DNA of 64,000 nt, taken from contig DAHVCH010000002.1 of the NCBI GenBank assembly GCA_027314165.1, forward strand, positions 103,716 to 167,715, written 5' to 3'. Position 1 is the stretch's first letter. Every line of letters begins with the position of its first letter. Source of the stretch: Thermoplasmata archaeon (GTDB lineage Archaea > Thermoplasmatota > Thermoplasmata > Lutacidiplasmatales > UBA184). Shown in pieces: positions 18,986 through 29,304 of the stretch. The notes under the pieces are model-generated. The model was not told where the DNA came from. It made no database searches and was given only the letters and a program-made list of their open reading frames with translations. Both the position numbers and the translations under genes were made by a program.

Positions 18986-19282
18986 TTGTCGGTCCCGTCC
19001 AGGTCCGTTCGAGCGGTCGGACCGACGGAACCCCGCGAGGTGGGGCGTGTATCTTCCATCTCCGCGCGAGGAACACTGACGGTCCGGGCCCAGGGTGTGG
19101 TCCCGGAGGGCACCATCCTGGCCGAACCCCACGGCCGCTTCCGGGGACGCGTCGTCCGCGTCTTCGGTCCTGTGTCCCATCCCTACCTGTCCGTCGCTCC
19201 GCGACGACCGTTGTCTGCACCTGAGGCCCTGGCCTTGGTCGGCTGCTCCCTCTGGACGGAGGTTCGACGGCGTGACGGCTGA
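18986..19282 (+). CDS. gar1: H/ACA RNP complex protein Gar1
   Basis: [14 protein letters not shown]...[17 protein letters not shown] matches the Gar1 core (G.V.dvFGPv..PY). It has the conserved archaeal position immediately upstream of tfb. The start is uncertain (TTG 18986, or an internal GTG before GRVSSIS). Confidence 0.75.
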   Translation: MSVPSRSVRAVGPTEPREVGRVSSISARGTLTVRAQGVVPEGTILAEPHGRFRGRVVRVFGPVSHPYLSVAPRRPLSAPEALALVGCSLWTEVRRRDG

Positions 19283-20246
19283 AGGGAGGGCCCCGTTGGT
19301 CCCTGGCGGGAGCGCTCCAACTGGCGAGGGCGTGACCCCGGCGCCGGTGCGCTGCTCCAGCTGCGGGTCCAACCACCTCACGAAGGACTACGACCGCGGC
19401 GAGCTCGTCTGCGACGAGTGCGGCCTCGTGCTCGAGGAGAGCATGATCGACCAGGGGCCCGACTGGCGCGCCTTTGACGCGGAGCAGGGGGAGAAGCGGG
19501 CCCGCGCAGGCGCCCCCACCACGCTCACGATCCACGACAAGGGTCTCTCCACCGAGATCGGCTGGAAGAACAAGGACCCCTACGGCAAGTCCATCCCGAC
19601 CCGGAACCGGGCCCAGCTCTACCGGCTGCGGAAGTGGCAGCGGCGCATCCGCGTCTCCAACGCCACCGAACGCAACCTGGCCTTCGCGCTCGCCGAGTTG
19701 GACCGTATCGCGAGCGCCATGGCGCTGCCCAGGAACGTGCGCGAGACGGCGGCCATGATCTACCGCAAGGCGGTCAATCACAACCTGATCCGGGGCCGGT
19801 CCATCGAGGGCGTCGTCGCCGCCTCCCTCTACGGGAGCTGCCGGCAGTGCAACGTCCCCCGGACCCTGGACGAGATCGCGGCGAAGAGCCACATCGGCCG
19901 CAAGGAGATCGGGCGGACCTACCGGTTCATGACCCGGGAGCTGCGGCTCCGTCTCCTGCCCACGCGCCCCCAGGACTACGTCCAGCGCTTCTGCTCCGAG
20001 CTCAAGTTGAAGGGCGAGGTGCAGACCCGCTCCAACGAGATCCTGAAGGAAGCGACCGAGCGGGAGCTCACGAGCGGGCGGGGCCCGACCGGGGTGGCCG
20101 CGGCCGCGATCTACATCGCCTCCCTCCAGTGCGGCGAGCGCCGGACCCAGCGCGAGGTGGCCGAGGTCGCGGGAGTGACGGAGGTCACGATCCGCAACCG
20201 CTACAAGGAGCTCACCGACAAGCTGGGGCTCAAGGTCACCCTCTGA
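19272..20246 (+). CDS. tfb: transcription initiation factor IIB (TFB)
   Basis: Zn ribbon CSSCGS...CDECGLV, B-reader/linker GPDWRAF, and two cyclin repeats (ERNLAFA...IRGRS; ...[15 protein letters not shown]). GTG 19272 overlaps the gar1 stop. GTG 19332 is an alternative start. Confidence 0.95.
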   Translation: MTAEGRAPLVPGGSAPTGEGVTPAPVRCSSCGSNHLTKDYDRGELVCDECGLVLEESMIDQGPDWRAFDAEQGEKRARAGAPTTLTIHDKGLSTEIGWKNKDPYGKSIPTRNRAQLYRLRKWQRRIRVSNATERNLAFALAELDRIASAMALPRNVRETAAMIYRKAVNHNLIRGRSIEGVVAASLYGSCRQCNVPRTLDEIAAKSHIGRKEIGRTYRFMTRELRLRLLPTRPQDYVQRFCSELKLKGEVQTRSNEILKEATERELTSGRGPTGVAAAAIYIASLQCGERRTQREVAEVAGVTEVTIRNRYKELTDKLGLKVTL

Positions 20247-20333
20247 CCTCTCGGCCACGGACGCCGGCGACGCCGAAAGGCTAAACGTAGGGACTGCCGT
20301 CGCCCCCTCCTCTCCTCTCCTCGGAGAAGGGGG

Positions 20334-21800
20334 GTGCTCCGGTTGGTCGAAGAACTGCTCATCGAAGCGATCGACGCTGCCCAGGTCCCTGGTGTCCGGT
20401 TCGCGGACGTGAGGTACGTCGGACCCCGACGTTACCAGAGGTTCGCGGTGAAGAACGGGACGGCCGAGTCCCTGACCGACATTTTCGAGGCGGGGATCGG
20501 GGTACGGGTGCTGCGCGAGCGCGGCTGGGGCTTCGCGGCGACGAGCGAGGCCACCCTCGCCTCCGTCCGCACCGCGGCCAAGACCGCCGAGCGCCTGGCC
20601 CGCGCCTCCGAGCGCACGTCGAAGGAGCGGGTCCCGTTCGTGGAGGAGGCCGAGCTTCCCCGCAACGGCTCCTACTCCACGCCGATGAAGGAGGACCCCT
20701 TCCAGATCGGGACGGAGCAGAAGATCGAGCTGCTGAAGGACGCCGAGTCCCGGCTCCACACCGACCCCTCGGTCAAGAGCGGGAAGTCCTCGATCACCCT
20801 GTGGCAGGAGGAGAAGTGGTACCGCTCGACGGAGGGCGCTTCCTATCGCGCCTCCATCACCCACGTGGGCGGGGGTCTCGAGGCCACCGCCGTCGGGGAG
20901 GGCGAGGTCCAGCGCCGCTCCTACCCGAACAGCTTTGGCGGCGACTTCGCCCAGGCGGGTTTCGAGTTCATCCGGGGCATGGACCTCCCCGGTCACGCCG
21001 AGGAGTGCGGGAAGACCGCCGACGCGCTCCTGACCGCCCCTGCCTGCCCGCAGGGGGAGCTCGACCTGGTCCTTGCGAGCGACCAGTTGGGGTTGCAGGT
21101 GCACGAGTCCGTCGGTCACGCGACGGAGTTGGACCGGGTCCTGGCCTTCGAGGCGGGGTTCGCCGGCACCTCCTTCGTCAGGGCCCAGGACGTCGGGCGG
21201 CTGCGCTACGGCTCCTCGGCGATGACCATCGAAGCCGACGCGACCTGCGAGGGAGGCCTTGGCAGCTTCCCCTGGGACGACGAGGGCGTCCCCGGACGCC
21301 GCTACCCCCTCGTGAAGGAGGGGCTGCTCCAGGGATTCCTTTCCTCGCGGGAGACGGCCGGACGTGTCGGACTCCCCCGCAGCGGAGGGACGGCCCGCGC
21401 CGACGGCTGGTCCCGGACGCCACTCATCCGGATGACCAACGTGAACCTGGCCCCCGGCGACCTCTCCCGAGAGGAGCTCCTGCGGGGCGTGAAGGAAGGG
21501 GTCTACATGGAGACCAACCGCTCGTGGTCCATCGACGACAAGCGGCTGAACTTCCAGTTCGGGTGCGAGGTGGGTCGGAAGGTCCACCACGGGGAGCTGG
21601 GCGAGCTCGTGAGGAACCCCATCTACTCGGGCATGACCCCGGTCTTCTGGAACTCGCTCGCGGCCGTGTCCGACCGGAACTCCTGGCATCTCTGGGGGCT
21701 CCCGAACTGCGGCAAGGGCCAGCCTGGACAGGTGGGGCACGTGAGCCACGGCGCTCCCGTCGGCCATTTCACGAAGGTCCGGATCGGAGGAACGGCATGA
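20334..21800 (+). CDS. tldD: TldD-family metalloprotease
   Basis: TldD/PmbA fold with an intact HExxxH-type motif (VHESVGHATELD) and a C-terminal GxC..GQPG region. GTG start. Confidence 0.9.
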   Translation: MLRLVEELLIEAIDAAQVPGVRFADVRYVGPRRYQRFAVKNGTAESLTDIFEAGIGVRVLRERGWGFAATSEATLASVRTAAKTAERLARASERTSKERVPFVEEAELPRNGSYSTPMKEDPFQIGTEQKIELLKDAESRLHTDPSVKSGKSSITLWQEEKWYRSTEGASYRASITHVGGGLEATAVGEGEVQRRSYPNSFGGDFAQAGFEFIRGMDLPGHAEECGKTADALLTAPACPQGELDLVLASDQLGLQVHESVGHATELDRVLAFEAGFAGTSFVRAQDVGRLRYGSSAMTIEADATCEGGLGSFPWDDEGVPGRRYPLVKEGLLQGFLSSRETAGRVGLPRSGGTARADGWSRTPLIRMTNVNLAPGDLSREELLRGVKEGVYMETNRSWSIDDKRLNFQFGCEVGRKVHHGELGELVRNPIYSGMTPVFWNSLAAVSDRNSWHLWGLPNCGKGQPGQVGHVSHGAPVGHFTKVRIGGTA

Positions 21801-23281
21801 GTCCCCCTGCCTCCCGTCCGCGGCCCACGAAGGCGCGCGCTCCGGCCCCCCGGAAGGCTCCCGCGCATCCTTCTCGAGCGTCCGACCGTGCCGGTCCCGA
21901 CCCCCCCAGCCGCCCGGAGGTGAAGGAGGGCCTCGAGATCCTCGACCGGATGCTCCGGTTCGTCCACGGCGACGCGGACGCCCGGTTCTACGAGGATCGC
22001 TGGACGACGCTGCGCTGCGCGAACTCCCGCCTCTACCAGCCGCACTGGGAGTCGACGAGGGCCGTGTCGCTCCGCGTGGCCGCGGAGGGCGGCAAGCTGG
22101 GGGTGGCCATGACGACCGACCTCTCGCCGGAAGGGCTCCGCGCGGTGGTGGAGCAGGCGACGTCGCTCGCCCGCGTGGCCCCACCGGCGCCGGGGTTCCA
22201 CGGGTTCGCGAAGGACCCGGGAGGTCCCACGCCCGAGATCCCGTTCTCCACCAAGGTCCTGGCCCACGACCTGGAGAAGCTCGGCGACAGGATCGCCGCC
22301 GCGTTCTCGATCGTCGAGGAGAACCTCGGCCCCGCGCGGATCTCCGGGGTCTACAACCAGGGCTACAGCCTGCTGGCGGTCGCGAACACCAACGGTCTGC
22401 GCCGGGGCCACCGAAGGAGCGCGGCCCAGGCCTCCATCTTGACCGAACTCCCGGAGAAGGACCCTCCGGTCTCGGGCTGGGCGGAGGGGTCCCACTGGGA
22501 CCCGTCCCGCGTCGACCTCACTTCGCTCGCGAAGGAGGCGGTCGAAGCGACCCCCCGGACCGCGCCGAAGGCGGTCGGCCCGGGAAAGTACCGGGTCCTG
22601 CTGATGGGCCCCGCGGTCTCCGAGCTCACCGGTCACCTTTCCTGGCTTGGGCTCGGCGCGAGCTCGGTGGAGGAGGGATGGAGCTTCCTCACGACCGGCA
22701 CCGGACAGAAGCTCGTCTCGCCCACCTTCGAGCTCTCGGACGACCCGTTCTGCTCCGAAGGGCTTCCCTCCTCGATCGACTTCGAGGGACTTCCGCACCA
22801 GGTCCGACCGGTGTTCCAGGACGGGCGGGCCCACGGACCCGCCCACGACACCCTGACCGCGGCCCGGGCCGGCACCACCTCGACCAAGAACGCGATGCCT
22901 CCGGAAGCCCCGTTCGGGGAGATGGGCCCGCTCCCGCTGCACCTCACGATGAAGCCGGGAGACCTGGACCGCAACGGGCTCGTCAAGGAGCTGAAGGAGG
23001 GGGTCGTCGTGACCCGGTTCTGGTACGTGCGCGCGGTGCACCCTGGGAAGACCATCATCACCGGGATGACCCGGGACGGGACGTACTGGGTCGAGAACGG
23101 GGAGATCAAGCACCCGATCCGCAACCTGCGGTTCACGGAGAGCATCCTCTCCACGCTCGCGGGCGTCGAGGCGGTGGGGGAGCAGCGCCGATGCTACAGC
23201 GACGAGCGCGGGTACATCGCGCCCGTCCTCGCCCCGATCGTGAGCAAGGCGTTCACCTTCACGAGCGCCACCACGTTCTGA
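21797..23281 (+). CDS. pmbA: PmbA/TldE-family protein (TldD partner)
   Basis: ATG at 21797 overlaps the tldD stop (ATGA). TldD/PmbA-family C-terminal motifs are present (VTRFWYV, GMTRDGT, IKHPIRNLRF) and there is no HExxxH. The ORF-track 826-aa frame was trimmed. Confidence 0.85.
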   Translation: MSPPASRPRPTKARAPAPRKAPAHPSRASDRAGPDPPSRPEVKEGLEILDRMLRFVHGDADARFYEDRWTTLRCANSRLYQPHWESTRAVSLRVAAEGGKLGVAMTTDLSPEGLRAVVEQATSLARVAPPAPGFHGFAKDPGGPTPEIPFSTKVLAHDLEKLGDRIAAAFSIVEENLGPARISGVYNQGYSLLAVANTNGLRRGHRRSAAQASILTELPEKDPPVSGWAEGSHWDPSRVDLTSLAKEAVEATPRTAPKAVGPGKYRVLLMGPAVSELTGHLSWLGLGASSVEEGWSFLTTGTGQKLVSPTFELSDDPFCSEGLPSSIDFEGLPHQVRPVFQDGRAHGPAHDTLTAARAGTTSTKNAMPPEAPFGEMGPLPLHLTMKPGDLDRNGLVKELKEGVVVTRFWYVRAVHPGKTIITGMTRDGTYWVENGEIKHPIRNLRFTESILSTLAGVEAVGEQRRCYSDERGYIAPVLAPIVSKAFTFTSATTF

Positions 23282-23307
23282 GGACGAGCTTGCCCTCCGG
23301 GAGACCT

Positions 23308-23991
23308 GTGACCGCGAGCTCTCCCTCCCCTCCCGCATCGTCCCCCGCTCTCTCCCCGGCCGCTCGGGGGGCCCCCCCGACACGACCTCTGCGGCTCGCG
23401 GTCCTCGTCTCCGGGGCCGGGACCACGATGGCCGCCGTGGCGGAGGCGGTCCGTCGGAAGGAGCTGAACGCCGAGATCGTCCTCGTCGCCTCCGACCGCA
23501 GGACGGCCCACGCGCTCGAGACGGCACAGGGGCTGGGACTTCGTACGCTCGCCTTCTCCGTGAAGGAGGGCCCCCCTGGCGCCTGGCAGGGGCCGCTCAT
23601 CGAAGAGATGGTCCGCGCCGGGACCGACCTGGTGGTACTCGCCGGGTTCCTTCGGGTCCTGGGTCCCCCCTTCTTCGAACGCTTCAAGGGACGGATCGTG
23701 AACACCCACCCGTCGCTCCTCCCCAAGCACTCCGGCCCGGGGATGTACGGGCTCCGGGTCCACGAAGCGGTCCTCGCGGCCCACGAGCCGACGACCGGCG
23801 CCTCCGTCCATGTGGTCACCCCCGAGGTCGACCGCGGCCCCGTCCTGGCCCGCGCCGAACTTCAGGTCGAACCTGGCGAGTCTGCCCAACAGCTCTCCGA
23901 CCGGCAGAAGCCCGTGGAGCATCGCATCCTCGTGGAGGTCCTGCGGCGCTTCGCCAAGGGAGAACTTCCGCTCCCGTATCCCACCGGGTAG
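23308..23991 (+). CDS. purN: phosphoribosylglycinamide formyltransferase
   Basis: LAVLVSGAGTTMAA, LVVLAGFLRVL, VNTHPSLLPKHSGPGMYG, VHVVTPEVDRGP. Start is GTG 23308 or TTG 23290. Confidence 0.85.
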   Translation: MTASSPSPPASSPALSPAARGAPPTRPLRLAVLVSGAGTTMAAVAEAVRRKELNAEIVLVASDRRTAHALETAQGLGLRTLAFSVKEGPPGAWQGPLIEEMVRAGTDLVVLAGFLRVLGPPFFERFKGRIVNTHPSLLPKHSGPGMYGLRVHEAVLAAHEPTTGASVHVVTPEVDRGPVLARAELQVEPGESAQQLSDRQKPVEHRILVEVLRRFAKGELPLPYPTG

Positions 23992-24036
23992 CGAAGCCTC
24001 GGTCCTCCCGCTCCGCCCCGTGCGGGACCCGTGCGC

Positions 24037-24852
24037 CTACGCCGCGGGAGCGAGGCGCGCGATCGTCGCGAGGCCCATGCCGGCGAGGAAGCGGAGCGTG
24101 GTCCTCCGGGTCACCCAGAGGAACCTCACGTACACCCCCCAGGTCCATCCCTGGGCGTAGCGTCTCCGGGACTGCCGGAAGAACCCCGGCCCCTTCTTCC
24201 AAGGTTCCCGGACCGCGACGTATCCGCGGCTCGCCGTCCTCAGGTCGTCCCCGATCCGGTCCACGAGACAGCGCCGCACCTTCCCCTCCAGGAGCGCCTG
24301 ACGCACGGCGACCACGTCGTCCGCGACGTTGACGTCCGGGTAGCCCGGAGTGCGCAGGTAGAAGGCCCGGTCCCAGACGAAGAGCTTCGTTCCGTCGGGG
24401 TCGGGGTCCCGCTCCCCCACCACGAGCACCATCCCGGTGCCGGGGTGCGCCTGGAGCGCCGCGACCCCGGTCCGGATCGCTTCGGGACGATAGCGGACGT
24501 CCGCGTCCACCTGAGTGATGACGACGGGGGCCCCGGTCTCGAGGATCCCCCGGTGCCGCCCCCTGCCCATGCTGCAGGGCTCGACGACCAGCCGGAGGGA
24601 CGAGCGCCCGGACATCCCTCGAAGGTAGTCCGTCGTGCCATCGGTGGAGACGGCATCGACGACGACCAGCTCCCCGTCCTGGCCCAGGGCGGGGAGCACC
24701 GATGGGATCGCCTCCTCGATCCATGGGCGACCGTTCTTGACCGTCATCACCACGGCGAAGGCGGCGGCCTTCTGAGCGGAACCCCCGGAGGACGCGGCTG
24801 GGGTCGCCGCGGAGGGTGACGTGGAGGGTGGGGATGCGGGAACGGAGCTCAC
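24037..24852 (-). CDS. glycosyltransferase family 2
   Basis: VVMTVKNGRPWIEEAI, VVVDAVSTDGT, and a QVDADV (DxD-like) motif. GTG start. Confidence 0.8.
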   Translation of the reverse strand: MSSVPASPPSTSPSAATPAASSGGSAQKAAAFAVVMTVKNGRPWIEEAIPSVLPALGQDGELVVVDAVSTDGTTDYLRGMSGRSSLRLVVEPCSMGRGRHRGILETGAPVVITQVDADVRYRPEAIRTGVAALQAHPGTGMVLVVGERDPDPDGTKLFVWDRAFYLRTPGYPDVNVADDVVAVRQALLEGKVRRCLVDRIGDDLRTASRGYVAVREPWKKGPGFFRQSRRRYAQGWTWGVYVRFLWVTRRTTLRFLAGMGLATIARLAPAA

Positions 24853-25003
24853 GGGGACCTACCTCGGAGAGGGAGAGGTGTAGGTAAGCGCTACGTTGGC
24901 GCGGGTCGGCCGGCCCCGAGGTCGACCGGGGCGGTGTCGGAGCCCTCTCCGGGAGCGACTGGAGCGTGGGGTTTTATCAGCCCGCTCCCGGGTCCGCTCT
25001 CCG

Positions 25004-25336
25004 ATGACGTGGGAACCCCTGACCTACTCGTTCGACACGTGCACGTCCTGTGGAAAGGCCTCCGATGAGCTTCTCGTGCTCCGACGAGGAGAGATCGCGG
25101 ACGAATGGCTGTGCGATGGGTGCGCAGGGCGTTTCCGGTCCGGCATGGGACACCTGGGACCCAACCAGGTCGTCGCCTCCTCCCCTCTCCGCGTCTCGGA
25201 CGACCCCATCTGCCCGTACCACCAGGGCCCCGAGGCCAACATGTGCAAGCTCCACAAGTGGGGCAACCGGGGCTTCCTCGCCGGCCTCGCCCGACAGGGC
25301 TCCGGTCGGAATGTTGCCCGGTTCCCCGGGATCTGA
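25004..25336 (+). CDS. small Cys-rich (zinc-ribbon-like) hypothetical protein
   Basis: CTSCG...CDGCAG plus CPYH...C..H. ATG at 25004, internal to ORF 24896..25336. Divergent from the GT2 gene. Confidence 0.4.
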   Translation: MTWEPLTYSFDTCTSCGKASDELLVLRRGEIADEWLCDGCAGRFRSGMGHLGPNQVVASSPLRVSDDPICPYHQGPEANMCKLHKWGNRGFLAGLARQGSGRNVARFPGI

Positions 25337-25381
25337 GACCTCGGGGAGACGAGGCCCCCCTGGACGGGGACCCGGCAAGGC

Positions 25382-25840
25382 TCAGAGAAGATCGCCGATC
25401 GGCGTCATCTTGGCAGGGAGCGCCAACCGGAGCGTGTGACGGGTGGTCTTCGGGGGCAGCAGCTTGGAGGCGCGCGCGTGGGCGAGGACCTCCTCCTTCG
25501 TGACCTTGCCCGGGTAGGGGGAGTCCGGCCACCGCTCCAGGTCGACGGCATCGCTCAGGTAGTCGATGACCCAGGCGGGGATGCGGCGCGCCCCCAGGCG
25601 GCTCAGCGCCGCAAGGCGGTGGTGGCCGTTGAGGACCACGTAGCCCTCCCTTGCCACGAGGATCGGCTCGCGTAGACCGCCCTCCCGCTTCAGGTCCGAG
25701 AGGACCTCGTCGAGCACCTCCGGGACGATCTCCTCGTGGGGGTGGAGCCTCTCCAGCGGGACGAGCTCGAAGACCGCCCCGTCCGGGAGGGAGGAGCGGA
25801 CCTGCCGCGAGCGGGGTGAGGTCGTTGGCGGCGCGTTCAC
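25382..25840 (-). CDS. ParB/Sulfiredoxin-fold (ParB N-terminal domain-like) protein
   Basis: LERLHPHEEI...EPILVAREGYVVLNGHHRLAAL is the ParB/Srx core pattern. The GTG start overlaps the stop of the upstream FAD-subunit gene by 4 nt (GTGA). Confidence 0.7.
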   Translation of the reverse strand: MNAPPTTSPRSRQVRSSLPDGAVFELVPLERLHPHEEIVPEVLDEVLSDLKREGGLREPILVAREGYVVLNGHHRLAALSRLGARRIPAWVIDYLSDAVDLERWPDSPYPGKVTKEEVLAHARASKLLPPKTTRHTLRLALPAKMTPIGDLL

Positions 25841-26820
25841 GATCCGCTCCGGAGGGCGCCGATCGCACGGCGCACGAACACTCCTGTCATCTTCCGGCGG
25901 TAATCGGGGGCGAGGAACGTGTTGTGCACCGGCCTCACGGCCTTGACGAGGTCCTCGGAAAGGGCCTTCACGCGCTCCTCGGTCAGGGGCTCGCCGACGA
26001 GCGGCGCGGTCTGGGCCTTCATGAGCCGAGGATAGGTCTCGAGCCCTCCCAGCGCGATCTCGAGCCGCGCGACCTTGCCGCCCTTCTCCTCGAGCGCGAC
26101 GGCCACTCCCAGCTCGGGGAAGTCGAAGGAAGGGCGCACCCGAAGCTTGCTGTACTTGGCCTTCAGGTGCTCGGCCCCCGGCGGGATCTGGACCCCCACC
26201 AGGAGCTCTCCGGGGCCGAGCTTGGTCCGACGGACCCCGTCCCCCTTAGGGTCGTAGAGGTCCGCGACGGCGACCCGGCGCCGGCCGCCAGGCCCGGCGA
26301 TCTCGGCGTGGGCGTCCAGGACCATCAGCGCGGGGGCGAGGTCGCCCGAGAAGGTCGCGTAGCAGCGCGTCTTCTGCGGGACGACGTGGCATTGGTCCCC
26401 GTCAGCCTTCAGGCAGAATCCGAGCGCCTGGCGCCAGGGATAGGACTGGTTGAAGAAGAAGCACCGCGTCTCGACGAGCAGGTTGCCTCCGACGGTCCCG
26501 CTCGCGCGCACCAGCGGCGTCGCGATCTCCTCCGCGGCCTCCGCGATCCCCGGGTAACGCCGAATGAGCGTCGAGGAGCCCTCCAGGTTGCGCAGCCGGA
26601 CGGTCGCCCCCAGCCAGCCGGCCTCCGGGCGGAAGGATCGAAGCTCCGCGACGTGGTCGAGGGAGATGAGGTGGGGACGTACGTTCAGGTGCATCTTGTA
26701 GTTCGGGATGAGGTCCGTCCCTCCCGCCAGGAAATCGAACTTCCCCGCATGGCGCTGGGCGAGCGCGAGGGCCTCCTCGACCGACGTGGGCTGGTGGAGG
26801 TCGAAGGCGTCGAGATGCAT
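25837..26820 (-). CDS. molybdenum hydroxylase FAD-binding (medium, CoxM/XdhB-like) subunit
   Basis: FDLHQPTSVEEAL, LAGGTDLIPN, and ASGTVGGNL FAD-binding motifs. ATG at 26820, internal to ORF 25837..27090. Confidence 0.9.
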   Translation of the reverse strand: MHLDAFDLHQPTSVEEALALAQRHAGKFDFLAGGTDLIPNYKMHLNVRPHLISLDHVAELRSFRPEAGWLGATVRLRNLEGSSTLIRRYPGIAEAAEEIATPLVRASGTVGGNLLVETRCFFFNQSYPWRQALGFCLKADGDQCHVVPQKTRCYATFSGDLAPALMVLDAHAEIAGPGGRRRVAVADLYDPKGDGVRRTKLGPGELLVGVQIPPGAEHLKAKYSKLRVRPSFDFPELGVAVALEEKGGKVARLEIALGGLETYPRLMKAQTAPLVGEPLTEERVKALSEDLVKAVRPVHNTFLAPDYRRKMTGVFVRRAIGALRSGS

Positions 26821-26848
26821 GCTTCTCTCCTCGGTGGGGGGGTCTTCC

Positions 26849-29302
26849 CTACCGCCCTCCGTGAGTGGGGGTCCGTTCGGAGGGCCGCGTCGGCGCCGGA
26901 GGCCTGACGGCGCCCCCTTTCTTCCTCTGCTCCTCGAGGGCCCGCAGGACCTTGTCCGGGGTGATGGGGAGGTCCATGAGGCGCACGCCGATCGCGTCGT
27001 AGATCGCGTTCCCCACCGCGGGGAGCGCGGCCACGAGGGGGCCCTCTCCGGCCTCCTTCGCCCCGAAGGGGCCTTCCGGGTCGTCCTCACCGACCAGGAG
27101 GCATTCGACCTTGGGCATCTGCATCGGAGTGAGGATCTTGTAATCGAGGAGCGACGGGTTCATGAGGCGCGCCCCCCGGTAGGAGAGCCCCTCGGAGAGG
27201 AGCTGGCCGAGGCCCATGTGGATCGAGCCCTCGATCTGGCCCTCCACGGCGAGCGGGTTGAGCGGTCGGCCGCAATCGAAGGCCGCCCAGACGTTCTCCA
27301 CGTGGACGAAGCCGGTCTCGAGGTCCACGTCGACCTGGGCGACGTAGGCGGAGAAGGAGTACGCCGGGGCCGTCCCGGCCTTCGCCCCCTTGAACGTCCC
27401 CCCCAGGGGCTTCGTCGAGTAGGCGCCGGAGGCCACCAGGGCCCCCTTCGTCTCCATCGCCTTGTGCAGCGCCTCGTGGAAGGGCACTCCCTGCGAGGGT
27501 CGTCCCTTGACGTGGATCCGCTCTTCGGAGGCTTCGAGGCGGTCCGGGGGGACCTCGAGCAGCTCGCTCGCGGCCTGGAGGAGCGGGACCTTCAGGTTCT
27601 CCGCGGCCGCCTTCGCCGCATTCCCCATCATGAACGTGACCCGGGACGAGTAGCTCCCGAGGTCGACCGGGGCCGTGTCGGAGTCCACGGGGGCGACGCG
27701 GCACCGGTCCATCCGGATCCCGAGGACCTCGGCGACCACCTGCGCGAGCACCGTCTTCGAGCCCTGGCCGATGTCGGCGGCCCCGCAGTGGATCGTGACC
27801 CCCGCGTCCATGTCGGCCTTGAGGTGGACCGTGCACTGGGGGAAGACCGGGGTGAAATGGATGGGGGAGTTCGATCCGGAGATGTAGAACCCGCAGGCGA
27901 CCCCGATACCCCGTCCGTAGGGGAGCTTTCGGAACTTCTCCTCCCACCCCGACCGGTCCCGGGCCGCGAGGATGCACTGGCGTACGGAGTTGGAGGTGAT
28001 GCGGAACTCGTTGATCGTCTTGAAGTTCGGCGGGAGGAAGTTCTGGAGTCGGAGCTCGATCGGGTCGAAGCCCATCCGCGCGGCGATCTCGTCGACGACG
28101 GACTCCACCGTGTAGCGCATGTTCGTCCCGCCGTGCGCGCGCATGGCGCCGGAGGGCGGATGGTTCGTGTACGCCCGCGCCCCGTGGTAGCGGAAGTTGT
28201 CGAAGCGGTAGGGGCCCATCGCCAGGACCCCGTTGTAGTAGGTCGTGACGACCCCGAAGGAGCTCCACGCCCCCCCGTCGAGGAGCGCGTCGATGTCCAT
28301 GGCGAGGAACTTCCCGTCCCCGTCGACCCCGACCGTGACGTCGTTCTGCGTCGGGTGGCGCCCGTGGTTGAGGTAGAAGACGTCCTCCCGGTCGAAGAGG
28401 ACCTTCACGGGCCTTCCGGTCTCGATGGCGAGCGCGGCGCAGGCGATCTCGTGGGGGAACGGGTCGCTCTTCCCTCCGAAGCCCCCTCCGACCTCGGGCT
28501 TGACCACCCGGATCCGGTGCATCGGCATGCCGAGCACCTCCGAGAGCGAGCGGTGGAGGTAGTGGGGGACCTGTGTCGCGGACCAAACGGTGAGCCGGCC
28601 GTCGGGGGTGTGCTCGGCGATGGTGCAGTGAGGCTCGGTGAAGCCGTGGGTCACTCCCAGGTACTTCCCCGAGAGCTTCACCTTCTGGGAGGCGCCCTCG
28701 AGCGCCTTCGGCACGTCGCCGAAGTGCTGGAAGACCTCCTTCTGGAGGTTCGTGTCGCGGAGCGCCCGGTCGTGGATCTTGACCGGGACCGGCTCCCGGG
28801 AGACCTTCGGGTCGTCGTAGACCGGCAGAGGCTCGTACTCGACGCGGATCAGCTCGAACGCGCGTTCGCACGTCTCCTCGTCCACCGCCGCCACCGCGGC
28901 CACGTGCTCCCCCAGGAACCGGACCCTGCCGACGGCCAGCGCGGTCTCGTCGTGGGTCATCGGGAGGACCCCGAAGGGCGTGGGGTACCGGTCGCCGGTG
29001 AGCACCGCGGCGACGCCGGGGAGCCGGCGCGCCTCCTCGACGTCGATGGAACGGATCCGGGCGTGGGGATGGACCGACTTCAGCAGCCGGCCGACGAGCA
29101 TGCCGGGGCGCTTGATGTCGTCCGTGTACTCCGCGCGCCCCGTGACCTTGAGCGCGGCATCGATGAGCGGCGTCCGCTTGCCGATGAGGTGGTACCCGGA
29201 GCTCGCGCGCGTCGCCTCGGCCTCCTTGACGAGGTCGGTCTCGGCCGAGGAAGGCCTCGGCGTCCCCGCGCTCCCGCTCTTCCGGCTGGAAGTCCCGGCC
29301 AT
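26849..29302 (-). CDS. molybdenum hydroxylase large (molybdopterin-binding, CoxL/XdhA-like) subunit
   Basis: KVTGRAEYTDD, VGGGFGGK, and GQG..T aldehyde oxidase/xanthine dehydrogenase family motifs. ATG at 29302, 3 nt after the small-subunit stop. The form I CODH active-site loop was not seen. Confidence 0.92.
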   Translation of the reverse strand: MAGTSSRKSGSAGTPRPSSAETDLVKEAEATRASSGYHLIGKRTPLIDAALKVTGRAEYTDDIKRPGMLVGRLLKSVHPHARIRSIDVEEARRLPGVAAVLTGDRYPTPFGVLPMTHDETALAVGRVRFLGEHVAAVAAVDEETCERAFELIRVEYEPLPVYDDPKVSREPVPVKIHDRALRDTNLQKEVFQHFGDVPKALEGASQKVKLSGKYLGVTHGFTEPHCTIAEHTPDGRLTVWSATQVPHYLHRSLSEVLGMPMHRIRVVKPEVGGGFGGKSDPFPHEIACAALAIETGRPVKVLFDREDVFYLNHGRHPTQNDVTVGVDGDGKFLAMDIDALLDGGAWSSFGVVTTYYNGVLAMGPYRFDNFRYHGARAYTNHPPSGAMRAHGGTNMRYTVESVVDEIAARMGFDPIELRLQNFLPPNFKTINEFRITSNSVRQCILAARDRSGWEEKFRKLPYGRGIGVACGFYISGSNSPIHFTPVFPQCTVHLKADMDAGVTIHCGAADIGQGSKTVLAQVVAEVLGIRMDRCRVAPVDSDTAPVDLGSYSSRVTFMMGNAAKAAAENLKVPLLQAASELLEVPPDRLEASEERIHVKGRPSQGVPFHEALHKAMETKGALVASGAYSTKPLGGTFKGAKAGTAPAYSFSAYVAQVDVDLETGFVHVENVWAAFDCGRPLNPLAVEGQIEGSIHMGLGQLLSEGLSYRGARLMNPSLLDYKILTPMQMPKVECLLVGEDDPEGPFGAKEAGEGPLVAALPAVGNAIYDAIGVRLMDLPITPDKVLRALEEQRKKGGAVRPPAPTRPSERTPTHGGR

Positions 29303-29304
29303 CG

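Noticed and set aside
18861-22184. 1107-aa minus-strand ORF spanning gar1, tfb, tldD and part of pmbA
   Set aside because: It lies opposite four recognisable genes. Its composition is dominated by R/G/P/A/E. No domain is visible.
20801-23281. Single 826-aa ORF suggesting a fused TldD-PmbA protein
   Set aside because: The first 332 codons are an out-of-frame overlap with tldD and are Arg/Gly/Pro junk. A clean ATG at 21797 overlaps the tldD stop (ATGA) and begins the PmbA-like sequence.
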